Positions 52,690 to 64,000 of a stretch of 64,000 nucleotides of DNA are shown piece by piece. The notes below the pieces were generated by a model that ran no database searches, was not told the origin of the DNA, and saw only the letters and a program-made list of their open reading frames with translations. A program made the position numbers and the translations under genes. How positions within the stretch are numbered: position 1 is the stretch's first letter; each line of letters opens with the position of its first letter. This DNA comes from Camelus dromedarius (taxonomy: Eukaryota): positions 3,224,001 through 3,288,000 of the forward strand of contig NC_087460.1 of assembly GCF_036321535.1 (NCBI RefSeq), written 5' to 3'.

Positions 52690-52830
52690 TCCTCTGATCC
52701 TCACCACCCGTGATGGGGCGGTTCAGGGAGCTGTTACCCCGTCCTCCAGATGAAGAAACTGAGGTTCAAAGCAGTTGCAGGAGTTGTCCAAGGCCATGCA
52801 GCCAGCAGGCAGGCCGGCGGCCCCTTGTAA
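52690..52830 (-). mobile_element. MIR SINE
   Basis: atcctcaccacccgtga...cagatgaagaaactgaggttcaaag...tgtccaaggccatgcagcc. Confidence 0.75.
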
Positions 52831-52899
52831 CTCTAGCCAGAGGTCGTGTTTGTCCTACCATAACTGCGCTTCCTCGTGTGAGTTGTCCCTTCACTCATT

Positions 52900-53085
52900 C
52901 AACAGATAAAGTGACTCAGTTATACATACATATATGTATATATATATATGATCTTTTTCAGATTCTTTTCCATTATTCCACTGCAAGTTATTGAATATAG
53001 CTCCCTGTGCTATGCAGTAGGTCCTTGTTGTTATCAACTTTATGTATAGTAGTGTGTATCTGTTGATCCTAAATTCCTCATTTCT
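52900..53085 (-). mobile_element. L1 3'UTR fragment
   Basis: ttttcagattcttttccattatt...ttgaatatagctccctgtgctatgcagtaggtccttgttg. Confidence 0.85.
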
Positions 53086-53693
53086 CTCTACGAGGTAGTA
53101 ATTGTTATACGCGAGAGATGGAAAAGAAAACTTCAAGTTTCATTGAAATCGAACTGCGTCTAAGGAAGACGTTTCAGCAGCCATTGTCAGATCCACATGC
53201 AGACAGGATAACCCTCGATCCAAATACCCACTGCCTCCTTTGTTCTGTTTGTTTACACACGGCATCAATACAAGGAGACCTCGGAGCCTCCAGCTCCTGA
53301 GAAATGCCAAATATGGGAAAAGCATCAGGAACGTGAGGCCAGTGGACAGTAAACTCTTCTGAGTGCCCACGAAGTAAAAATCACAGACAGGTCACAAAGG
53401 GGGCTGTGTGGCCAGCCAGAGCTGAGACGTCTGCCCTGGACTTGGATCAGGGCTGTGGTTTTAACCAGTCCGCTCAGAGGAGGCATCACCGAGAAGGTGT
53501 CCGAGGGAAGACCTGGCAGAGGTGCAGGTGGAGGTGAGGGGGCACAGCGGGGCGGCTCCCCGGGGAAACTCATTCCAGGGGTGGGTCGACAGGGACAAAG
53601 TTTCTGAGATGGAGCGTCTCACCTTTGCTCTGTGAATCACAAAAGTAAATGAATTTCAGAAAAAATCTCAGCCTGAAAAGTTGCGTCCTGTAA

Positions 53694-53718
53694 ACACACA
53701 CACACACACACACACACA
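53694..53718. repeat. (AC)n microsatellite
   Basis: About 12 AC units. Confidence 0.95.
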
Positions 53719-54784
53719 AAAGGAGAAAGAAATCTTTAAATGAATCTCCTGCAATGGAATCAGGGCCAGTGGTCACCCTGGAGGGTGGGTACATGTGGGA
53801 GGGGCGACAGGGCGTGCTGGGCTGCGGGAAGTGGTTTCGGTCGGGCTCTGGGTCGGGATTAAACGCTTGCAATCCCCTCCTGTGCACCTGTGACTTGGAC
53901 ATTTCACTCTAGGAAGATCCACCTCCATTTTGAAAAATTTTAAAAAGATAAAGAGGACTTTGTTTTTCACTCTGGCACCTGAAGTTTCATATCTACAAGC
54001 CGTGTGGGACCAGAATCTTCAGCGCACACTTCATGGTCTCTCCTTTGCCAGCCCTGCTCCAGAGTCACTCAGAAAAACAAACGCTTAAAAAGAACAGGGC
54101 TCTAGTCTCCACTCTGCATGCCTGGGAGATCTGATCATTCTCTCTGGATCTGAGTTTCTAAGCTACGAAACAGGGCTGAGGGTGAGGGTTTGCATCTTAC
54201 AGATACTGGGAGACTGAAACAAGATAACGTCTATGGAAGTTCTTGTTGAAGGCAAGACCACAGAAATCTTACTCACCCAGTATAATTTGGGATGCGGACA
54301 GTGCTTCCCAGGGAATACCTGCCGGGTCACCACGCGGTCAGCTCCTACCTGGGCTCTGCGGCTGTTTGGTCTCTAGTCGCCATCCTCTGCTGGGGACAGC
54401 AGGTCCCTCAGCCTGTGACATTCTGCAGGAAGAAGGGGCAAACTGACTCCTGTTACTCTGGGGTAATATTTTGCTGGTAAGGACCCCTACACTAAATTAG
54501 CCACGCCCTAAAATCTCAGAGCATTTAATCAGTGGCTCTTTCTGTTATCACCGCCTCAACCCTGAAGGATGCAGATGTGAGTCCCTGGGCAGGGGTCCTT
54601 CTGAGCTAAGCCCACCCCTGTCTCTGCGGGACGGGCTTGGGGCTAGACGGTGCTCACCCTCCCCGGATCCTTTATGATGAGTTCTCGGAGGGATCCCTGC
54701 TCAAGCACTGAGACAAGGGCAGGGGTGGGGCGGGGGTGGGTGGGGGCATTTTCTGTACAGAATTTTTTTTAATTGATGAAACCA

Positions 54785-54930
54785 GGGGGGAGGGTAGAGC
54801 TCAATGAGAGAGCTTAGCATGCACAAGTTCCTGGGTTCCATCCCCAGCATCGCCATTAAAATAAATAAACCTAATTACCTCCCCCCTCAAAAAATAAACC
54901 CAAACAAAAAATAGTAAATTTTTTTAAAAT
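54785..54930 (+). mobile_element. tRNA-Ala-derived camelid SINE, long form, degenerate A box
   Basis: cttagcatgcac...ctgggttccatccccag...attaaaataaataaacctaattacctcccc. Confidence 0.85.
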
Positions 54931-55362
54931 AATGAAACTAACGTCAACCTTTTATTATCACCACGCACCTGCAGTTCTAACAAAGTCAGTGATAAAGTGC
55001 TCTCTGCATTCTCAAAGCAAATCTTACATTGGTCTGAGTTCTAAATAATTTCTGTGACTACTATTGAGTTTAACTAAACACCCACACACATACTTCAAAT
55101 TAGCACAGTTTTATTACGTATCTTTAATAAAAATTGCACTTCATATGGCAGTTAATTTGGAGAACCCCCAGTTACATTGTCCTGCACCCCCACCTGCCCT
55201 ACCCTCGCAAGCTCAGTGAAAAAGCCTGTGTTCCCACAGTGTCTTCCTGACGGCGCGACGGCCACAGCCACCGATCTGCTCTCTCAGACAGTCCCCATCA
55301 ACTGCTGTGATATCGTATCTTCTTGCATTCAAACAGTTGATTTGAAAAAAGTGGCGTGAAAT

Positions 55363-56130
55363 TGTAACTCATACTAAACACATATGGTGCCTGGCTCACA
55401 GCTTCCAAAGCCTGGAATTCCTTGAGTGATAAGAGCGCCTTTTGTTGTAACATTTGGTCTTTCGTCCTCCATTCCTGAAATAGCTTAAGAGCCGTAAAGG
55501 TAGGATGGGTGTCCTGTTATTCATAGCAAGCCCCTTTCCACAACGCGTGATGATAACGAGCTGACTTTTGGAAAGCCAGGGGGAGATGGGCCAACGACTT
55601 AGCCAGTCGTGCCTCAGAAAAACGCACAAGGAAGAGGTTCCAAAAGGTCCCAGGTGAACCAGAATGCATCCATGTCCCCGGAGGCTGGTACACCCCAAAC
55701 TCCCCTGGGACAGAAGCTCCGGTGTTTGGGACCCTTCCAGGCCTCGCCCACTACACAATCTCTTCATCTGGTTGTTCGTTTGTGTCTTTAATATCTTCTG
55801 TAGTAAACCAGCAATCTAGCAAGGAAACTGGTTTCCTGAGTTCTGTGAGCAACTCTGACAAAGTAATTGATCCCAAAGAGCAGGTCATAGGAACCTTCGA
55901 TCTACAGCCAGTTAGTGGGAAGCACAGGTTATGACCTGGACTTTCAGCCGGCCTCTGGGGTGGGGGCAGCCTCGTGGGACGGACCCCTCAGCCTGTGGGG
56001 TCTGACACTGCCCCCAGGCAGGCAGCGTCAGAACTGAGTTCAATCTGTGGGACACCCATCAGGGAGTCAGAGAATTGCCCGGTGATGTTAGAGACACACA
56101 CTGGAGATGGTGACAGCACAGAGATTGTAA
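55363..56130 (+). mobile_element. MER21C-like ERVL LTR
   Basis: ttcctgagttctgtgagcaactct...gggggcagcctcgtgggac...cctgtggggtctgacac...gtcagaactgagtt...ggacaccc follows the MER21 consensus order. Confidence 0.8.
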
Positions 56131-56819
56131 AGGAAAAGAAACAGAATTTGCGTTACTTCAATTCTGTGCTTTGATGCAAGGACCCAGGGACTTCATTTGT
56201 ATTTAAAATGTAAACCAGTAGGACACACTATGAACTGTAAAATACCTAACCTTTTGTTTGTTAACTGTTCGTCTTGGCTCGTGCATGAAGCACTTTACTG
56301 AATTTTGACAATGTCTTTAATATCATTGTTTATCTTTTAGAATTGGTATTTAAAAGCTAAAGAACAAATCAAGAACAAATCAAGAAAATCATGGTTGCTG
56401 CACAATTACGATGGAAAATAATTTTGAGGAAGAGGGGGAGGAGGTGTGAAAAACATGACCTATTCCAGGCGTCAGACACACTCAGGGCACCAAGGGGTGC
56501 GTCTCACTCAAATAGACACTGCATGTTGAAGCTAGATCTGTTTTGCTCGTAAGCTCTGCGTCCTCTTCATCGCCATCACGACCCTTTTAGGATGGTCTCA
56601 GCCCCGGGGAAGCAGGGGAATGATGGAGATCGCCTCTAAGACCTCTGCCACGATCCACTCATGCAAAAAGCACTTTCATTGTGACTTTGGAATGTTCAGA
56701 GCGCTGCACTTGGCCTTGGAGAAGGTTCTAGGGCTAAGGAAGCCTAGGATGTCCCTGTGAATTCCAAAACTGAGGGAAAAGTAGCCACAGATGAAGGGTA
56801 AATACCTTGGGCTTTAACT

Positions 56820-57080
56820 GGCTACAATTACGGTGTTATTTCCAAAGCGCACCTATTAAAGAGGCAGATTTATAGGAGGACAACCCACACTTACAGCGCA
56901 GCTGATAAACAGAAAGTCCGTTTAGGCTATTATGTATTTATAAGGTGAGTCCAGACCTGCTGCGGAGGGCCGCGCCGCTGCGGGGGAGCTCCCCGCAGCC
57001 GGGCCGGCACACGCTGCAGCGCCGCCGGGCGCGCGGGCCCCAGACGGCCCCGGGGCCACACCGTCACGTGCGCTTCCCTG
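56820..57080 (-). promoter_or_regulatory. Candidate TATA-containing promoter with small CpG-rich upstream block
   Basis: TATAAATA on the minus strand (56935-56942) immediately adjacent to a CpG-dense block at 56960-57075. Motif inference only. Confidence 0.4.
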
Positions 57081-59399
57081 GTTTCTTTAATAAAGGCAGT
57101 TCCTGCTCATTATTCCTCTTATTATCATTGGTAATAATAACAACAGGGTGTTTGGACATGTTACTTTCTCTCTGGGATTGGCCTGAAGGGCGGGTTTATA
57201 TCCTGCTCTTATTACTCACCTAATAGTGGGGCTCCGGGAACCAGCCGGGGTGAGCCCGGGATGGGGAAGATGCTGCCTTGAGGGAGGGGCAGGGGCTGGT
57301 CCTCCCATCTCTGTGATGCGGAGAAGATGGTCCTGTCGGTTCCTCGGTCGCTGTCTGAAGGCTGTCAAGCATCACAGGAGGAATCGGCTTCAAAATTGCC
57401 TGTTGTCTTTGCTTTTGAAACCAGTCCTTGGTGTCATGGAGATTGGAGCCCAAGTTTGTTTGGTGACATGCAGCCCCCACAGTGGCCTCCTTCTTTAGAT
57501 CCTTGAAGAGATGGGTTAACAGAAAGAGCCGTAACATATAAGGAAGACAGAGCCTTTTCTTTCGGAAGCTGTTACATAGAAATGCGAGGGGGACAGAAAC
57601 CATCAGACACTGAAGCCGACTCCCTCTTCGTAAAAGCTGGGTGGCGACGCTCTCCCTGGTGTGGAGATAATGGCCAGTAATTCCACCACATGCTGGAGTC
57701 CGCGACAGGCTCCCCCGCGTGCGGTCCCACCTGGACCAGCTCTCGACTTCCCGCAGAAGATGGATGCAGCCCTCCCGGTCCTGGACGCAAAAGAGCTGAA
57801 AATCCACCATGGACACCAGCAAAGCAGGCTCCAGCACCGACCGGGGTTTGAAGTTCAGCTGCTCCATTTCCTAGAGGTGGGACCCCTGAGAAGTTGCTCA
57901 GATAGTCTGAGCCCCATTTTACCCAACAGTAGAGTGTCAACCCTAACACCAAGCATGAGACTGATGTCAAAAGTGCGCGGACACTGCATTCAAGCAAAGG
58001 CGACGACATTTCTACACGCCCGCCACCGCGCAACTCCATCTCCAGTCACCGTCCTCGTCCCTGTCCAGCCCACACGGGGCTCTTGCCTGCTACTCAAAGT
58101 CTGAGAAACTCTCCTTTCCACATTGTAGCAAAGGGCACAGTGAGGAGAGTGAATTGGACTGTTTTCAATTTACTTCCTCCCAAGGAACTGAAAGATCAGA
58201 CTGATTGAAACATTATTTCCCTGGTGTTTCAAAACTGCACCGAGGGCAAAGCTTGACAAAGCTTTAAGGGAAGAAACTGAGGCTCCGAGAAGTGGATCGT
58301 TCAGACTTACGTAATAAGCCGGGGCTTCTACTCAGGGAGTTCCGGGTTGGTCTGTTTTCCCCCATTGTCACGTTGGTGAACAAGAAAATCTTTCCTGCGG
58401 TCTGAATACAATGGACTGGAACCAATGTGGACGAGCAGAGGGCCTCACCGCTGTAAGGCACTTTCACAGAAGCCCCCCCCCCTCCTCACTTCAAGCAGTA
58501 GGCATTACTATTGCCATTTGCAAATGGAACTGGAATTCTGAGATGCTGCTTGACCCGTCCCAAACCACGGTGCGCAAGGAAGCAGAACCCAGACGGGTGT
58601 GGCTCCCTACGCCGATTCCCCAGTTATATGTTATCCGTTATTTCTGAACATGCAGAGTGAACATTAGACGAGTATTTTGCTTAAAGCATACTTCCCACCC
58701 TCGTATCCCTCACCACCTGCCCCCTGCATCTTTTCTGTCAGTCCACACAGCTTCCAATTTGTAGATTCTCCACTGCGAGGCCCACTTTGATCAGCACCTT
58801 CCTTTTGGATCCAAGGTGTCCTGAGTCTGTAACTCACCTGCGTACTCCTGACGCTCTGAGAGCGCGAGGTACGAGGCGTGAGCTTGTAGGCTTCTATTCC
58901 AGTCCCCTGTGAGGACAGTGCAAGGTGCGTGGACCTTGAAGCTCGTGCAACCGGAGGGATTCTCTCTAGGAGAGAAGAACAAAGTTACAGAGCCTTGGAA
59001 GAAGCCCTCCTAAGTGAGGAGAGCCGAAGCTCACGCTTCGGAGCCTCTTGGCAGACTGTCCCCAGGTGGGACGCAGCCCCCGCCTGCTACCCTTGGCTGA
59101 GCCTGCCTTGGACCAGAGGCTGAATCTGCAGCCCTAGCCCTCTGAACACTCCCAACACTGCCAAGAAGGGGTGGTGTTTCCATTTATGATTCAGTTCTTC
59201 TCGGGTCCCTGTTTTCAATTCAAGCCCAAGTTTCTTGAACCCCCAACTTTCTGTTTCTTGGTAGAACCTTCCATCAAACCTGACACAATCCTGAGTTCCT
59301 AAATGTATTATGGATGAAGAGATATTTGACCAGATGAATGAAGAGTATGTGTGCAAAAGCCCCCTGCTGAATTTATAGCAGAGAATCTAATGACTGTAA

Positions 59400-59600
59400 T
59401 AATAATTGTGTGCTGAGCGTCCGTTACAAGCCAGCCCCTCCTCATACTTTCTCTCTAATCACAGCAACCCTGCAGGGTGGGGGTTATTATCTCCAGTTTA
59501 TAGCTGAGAAAACCAGGGCTCCCGGGTGTCAGGTCACCTGCCCAAGATCAGACAGGACGTGGCAGAGCCAAACCCAACAGCTCTAAAGCCCAGTTCTTTC
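59400..59600 (-). mobile_element. MIR SINE
   Basis: ctctaatcacagcaaccctgcagg...ttattatctccagtttatagctgagaaaacc...cctgcccaagatcagacag. Confidence 0.8.
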
Positions 59601-60339
59601 CACCTCACGCTGCACCTCAGAAGGATGCTTTAATCAGGGGAACTGCATCCGCCCTGGCCGGGCGCCTGCTCACCACGTCTGCCTCACCTGTCAGTGAGGA
59701 GGCGAAGGGAGGTCCCTTCCTGCTTAACAGGCTTCGTCTTCTCCTGCCTCCCCTGTTCCCACAGGTCCTTGGACATGCTCTGCCCACAAAGCATATGAGT
59801 CACACGAATTTGAACACTGGGCAAAATTCTCTTGGTCGGGTCTGCAGTAGGAAGTAGCGTCAGATAAAAGTTAACCTTGGCAAACAGAGTAACCACAGCC
59901 AGGAGACCAGGGAGCCGAGGACCACTCTTGCGAACCACCGCCTGGGCCCCAGCGGAGCGGAGGAGGTAAGCAAGACACTCCGGTGCTTCCGCCTTGTGTC
60001 CCCGACTGCTCTCCAGATAAACCAGCAGAATGGTACCCTCTGTGGTCTCTTTGGACCAGCTAGGCTCTGTGATCACAGGGGATTGTGAGGATGGGTGCCA
60101 GGTTCCCACCAAGTCCTGGTAATGAGGAGATCTTTCTTGGGCAATTTTTATATGATGAAAATGTGGTGGTGCTTTTAAGAGGTTTCAGGAGCCCGAGGCA
60201 AAAGATGCTCTGATAACTTTGGAATGAGGTGCTCAAAGGCTTTCACTCCCATTATCTCATTGAAGTCTCCCTTGCCCTTTAGGACTGTGAGGGAGGCAGT
60301 CTTAGTAATTCCCATTTTATAGAGGGGAACTTGGAAACC

Positions 60340-61190
60340 TTCATTCTTCTGCATGTGGAGATCCAGTTTTCCCAGCATCGTTTGTGGAAAAGACTGTCCT
60401 TTGCCCACTGAGTGGTCTTGGCGCCTTTGTCAAAAGCTGTTGGCCCATACATTTGAAGACTTGTGTCTGGCTCTCTACCTGCTCCGTTGGTCTATATGTC
60501 TGTCTTTATGCCAGCACCACACTCTTTTGATTACTATAGCTTTGTAGGAAGTTTTGAAGCCAGGAAATGAAAGTCCTTCAACTTTATTCTTCTTTCTCAA
60601 GATTGTCATAGATATTCAGGGTCCCTTGAGATTCCCTATGAATTTTAGGATTTTTTTCTATTTCTACCAAAAATCCTCACTAATTCACAGTTTGGTTCAC
60701 ACATGGAGTGGTCACATTGAGGTTTTGATAGGAATTGTATTAAATCTCTAGATCACTTTGAGTAGAATTGTCAACAATATTAACGTTTCCAATCCATGAA
60801 CACACAATGTCTTTCCATTTATTCACATCTTTCCTAACTTCTTTCAGCAATGTTTTATAGTTTTTTGTATACCAGTCTCTCGCCTCCTTGATTAAATCTG
60901 TTCCTTAGTATTTTATTCTTTTTGATTCTATGGCAAATGGAATTGCTTCCTTAATTTCCTCCTCAGATTGTTCAGCATACGGAAACATAAGTGGTTTGGT
61001 TTGTTGGTTTTGTATCCTGCAATTCTGCCGAATTTTTTTGTTATCTTTAACATTTGTGTGTGTGTGTGGAATGTTTAGTATTTGCTTCATATAATATCAT
61101 GTCATCTATGAACTAAACTCATTTTTCCCTCTTCCTTTCCAATATGGGTGTCTTTTATTTCTTCTTCTTGCCTAATTGCTCTGGGAAGAC
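60340..61190 (-). mobile_element. L1M ORF2 fragment containing a 45-bp foreign insert
   Basis: gatatccagttttcccagca-like start and gccagcaccacactcttttgattactatagcttt. Peptide 60905-61090(-) ...EIKEAIPFAIESKRIKY is L1 ORF2-like. Confidence 0.88.
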
Positions 61191-61629
61191 ACGTGGAGCT
61201 AACTTCATGGTAACAAGTGAATGATTAACGTAAATTGTTTCCTAAAGTATATATATTAAATCTTTCCTTTGGGACAGTTCTTAGAAGATGAGAACTTATG
61301 GAAACCTTGGAAAACATCGTAGCTGAAGATCCAGAGAAGTAGCGTGGCTTGCTTAAGCCCATATAGCAAACTGGTTACACTCGGTCGGGAACTCAGGGCT
61401 CCTGACTCTAGCCCAGGTCTGTTGACAATGCAGCTTTCAGTAGAAACATGAAAGTTCGGCCCCTGCAGCTCTATAAATGAGAGAAGGGTCTCAGGAAAAG
61501 CAGGAGAGGTGTAAAAAGGGGGTGAGGCTTTGGGGGGCTAGGTTGGTTTTGATGACAAGTCCTCACTAATTCACAGTTTGGTTCACACGTGGAGTGGTCA
61601 CATTTGCAGAAGACACTGGACTCCAGCAC

Positions 61630-62325
61630 CATGGGTGAATCTGGGTTAGCCCAGTGCAATCATAGGTAATTCCATCCCCCTTATCTGTGCTGAAGACTGG
61701 GAATGTAATTGAATTCTGGATGATGACATGAAAGGGGATGTCTGCAAAGAGGATTCTAGAAAATCCTAGAATTCATCTCTTTCCTCAAAAAGAGAGAAAA
61801 TTGACTCTTCCCTTTGTCTGCCTCTAAATGAGACTCCACCAGGAGGCATGGACCAAAGCGGCTGCAGCCACTTTGTGACCATGAGGCGAAAAGCCTGAGG
61901 GCAAAAATCAACCTGCTAAGGACGGTAGAACAGAAAGAGGGAAGGAAGGGGAGGATTCAGCTCAACGGTGGAGTGCGTGCCTAGAAAGCACAAGGTCTGG
62001 GGTTCAATCCCTAGTACTCCATCAAAATAAATAAATAAATCCTAATTACCTCCCCTACCTTGCCCCCCACCCCAAAAGCACATACAGTGCTGTATGTTGA
62101 TTATATCCCAACAAAACTAGAAGGGAAAAATAAAGAAATATTTTAAAAATTTTTAAAAAGAGAGAAGGAATCTGGGTTTCCGATGATACTGAGCCATCAA
62201 ATTACCCACCTCCAGAAACGATCTCAGGACTTGTCGCTGCTTGTTGATAGACGTCCTCCTTACTTCAGCCCTTTGAGTCAGGGTCTCGAGAGGTGCTTGC
62301 TGCGCCAAGCATTTCAACCAATACA
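61630..62325 (+). mobile_element. Old ERVL/MaLR LTR (MLT1J/K- or LTR16-like) with SINE insertion
   Basis: gcagccactttgtgaccatgagg...agaacagaaaga[SINE]aggaatctgggttt...gatgatactgagcc..., ending ccaagcatttcaaccaataca. Confidence 0.65.
61948..62156 (+). mobile_element. tRNA-Ala-derived camelid SINE with extended L1-like tail
   Basis: SINE head, aataaatcctaattacctcccc tail and extra segment. 14-bp TSD aaagagggaaggaa (61934-61947) and aaagagagaaggaa (62157-62170). Confidence 0.88.
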
Positions 62326-64000
62326 CCATCTATGCAGATAAATAGTTACAGATGAATAGTTACACGACAGAGACGACAATAAAGCCATGAGAGTGTGAAG
62401 GTCAAGGGCGTGGGCGGGGGTAAAAGTGATGGGGGAGGCCAGTGGTTAAGGATGAGAGAGGGAAAGAAGAGGAAGGAGGCAGAGGGAGAGCACCGTCAGG
62501 GGCGGGAGGGAGTTAGAACCTCTAAGTTGTGCGAGTTCACGGAATGCCAGGGTCAAGAAAAATTACTCAGTAAGTGGAAGGAAATGTGTGCAGAAATCAG
62601 TGACAGTTGCTGGGGGCAGAAAGCAGTGGGCAGAGGGGGCGGGATGGCTGTTTGTCGGTTGCCTGTCTGACAACTGTTGCATGGTGGCCGGGCGACCCCA
62701 GGGTCCACGACCTGGGGGGCTTTGGCCCTCGGGGTGAGAAAGAAGCGCCCCCTGCAGGTAGGGGAGCCACACGCCCAGAGCCTCTGGGGCAGCAGCCTTG
62801 CAGAACGCTGCCCGTTGTCAGACTAGGAGCCCTGACACCTGGCCCCGACCTATCTTCTGTAGACAGAAGGCGAAACGCAGAGCTGTGTTTATCAGCGGTG
62901 ACTTGGGAGAAGTCACTTTGTTGCTTTCTTGTTTCCAGCGCAGGGAGCAGCCCTGCTCCCGGCCCTCCGCCTCCTCCTCCTTCCCTCCTCCAAGCCCCTT
63001 TGGTGCCCGGTGTCCCCTGTGCTTCCCGCCTCCCATCACAGGGTTCCCTCCCCTTGGCGTCCTTACTTCTCTGCGCATCTCTGCGCGCTCAAGTTTCTCT
63101 TCCTGTCCTTCGAGACTGTCACTTCCTCGGGGATGCCCTCCACAGTACCCTGGGCAGAAGTTCTCTCTGGCACTGAAGTTCTCCCTTTGCACTTGGCTTG
63201 AACTTCTGTTCTTCTAAGCTGGGATGGGGGGAAGCATGTGGGGGCATCTGTGGTCTCCTGGAAACAAGAACCTAGACCCAGGAGGAAATTCACCTGCACA
63301 AATAAAGGCCGGGTGGCCAGCGGTCTGTCCCACGTGTGAGCAGAGGGTGGGCCTGGGGGAAGCTGAAGTGACCCACCTCCTCCTCCCACCTACAAATAGC
63401 CCCTCCCCTCTCAGATGACGTGCAGGGCAGAACGACCTTGGCAAAGCAGGACGTGTTACCTCCGGAGGGTGAGTGACCTCACCGGCCCCCAGATAACTGT
63501 CCGTTTCCCCTTGGGCCCCCTCACTCGGTGGGCCTCCCCTCTGCTTGGCCTCACTCCACTCTGCAGCCTGCGCTCCTGGGCTCCAGGCCCAACGTCTGGC
63601 CGCTCTCTCCTAATCTCTCTCCTTCTTTGTCCGGCATCGTTTCCTTCTGTCTGCCCACCTCTGTCCGACACTGTCCTTGTCCCTCTTCACCCCTCCTCCT
63701 CACTCCCTCGGCCTCCCAAGGGAGCAGCAGCTGGGAAACCGACCCAGAGGAGAAGAGGCTTCGGGGTCTGGATCGGACCAGCAGAAACTCACACGTGTTC
63801 ATCAGACCTGACTGGACCTTGGAGCGAAGTCACGGATCAGGGTCCCAGAAGCTGGGACCAGAAACACAGCCTGTGACCTTGTGAGCATCTTACACAGCTG
63901 GCCGGAATGTTCCTGACTGTGCGCCCCAGGCAGTTTTAAAAATGGAGCAGTACCCTCAGTGTGTGCACGTCTACCTACTGCCAAGTCATTAACTAAATGA

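Noticed and set aside
58307-58314. Perfect TTACGTAA PAR-bZIP/NFIL3 palindrome
   Set aside because: A single 8-mer in a MIR-like remnant. About one is expected by chance in a window this size.
1-64000. CRISPR arrays, rRNA, prokaryotic operons, NUMTs or intact ERV internal genes
   Set aside because: None seen. Recurrent sequences are dispersed L1 and SINE copies, not regularly spaced repeat-spacer units.

Overview
Mammalian nuclear DNA, almost certainly from a camelid: six tRNA-Ala-derived SINEs resemble the Camelidae vic-1 type, and cetartiodactyl-type 5'-truncated L1 3' ends are abundant. The assembly is gapped, with N runs at 2586-2751 and 39998-40189. I recognise no protein-coding gene. 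The supplied ORFs are either chance ORFs in GC-rich or low-complexity DNA, or fragments of L1 ORF2 and hAT transposase. Much of the window is interspersed repeat (L1, L2, MIR, MaLR/ERVL LTRs, Charlie1, MER2, MER5A, SINEs), often nested and with readable target-site duplications. Repeat subfamily names come from recalled consensus sequences, not a database search, and most repeat boundaries are approximate. Unique-sequence highlights are (1) a CpG island at about 28.2-29.0 kb with a GC-box array and splice donors on both strands, plus a well-formed non-coding + strand exon at 30577-30684; (2) a second GC-rich element with a minus-strand TATA box at about 56.9-57.1 kb; (3) a 45-bp segment apparently copied from 61560-61604 into an L1 at 60674-60718; (4) a 130-bp tandem duplication whose two halves differ sharply in divergence; and (5) a SINE carrying an L1-like 3' tail inside one TSD. 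I found no convincing novel biological system. The findings are modest genome-evolution and regulatory leads.
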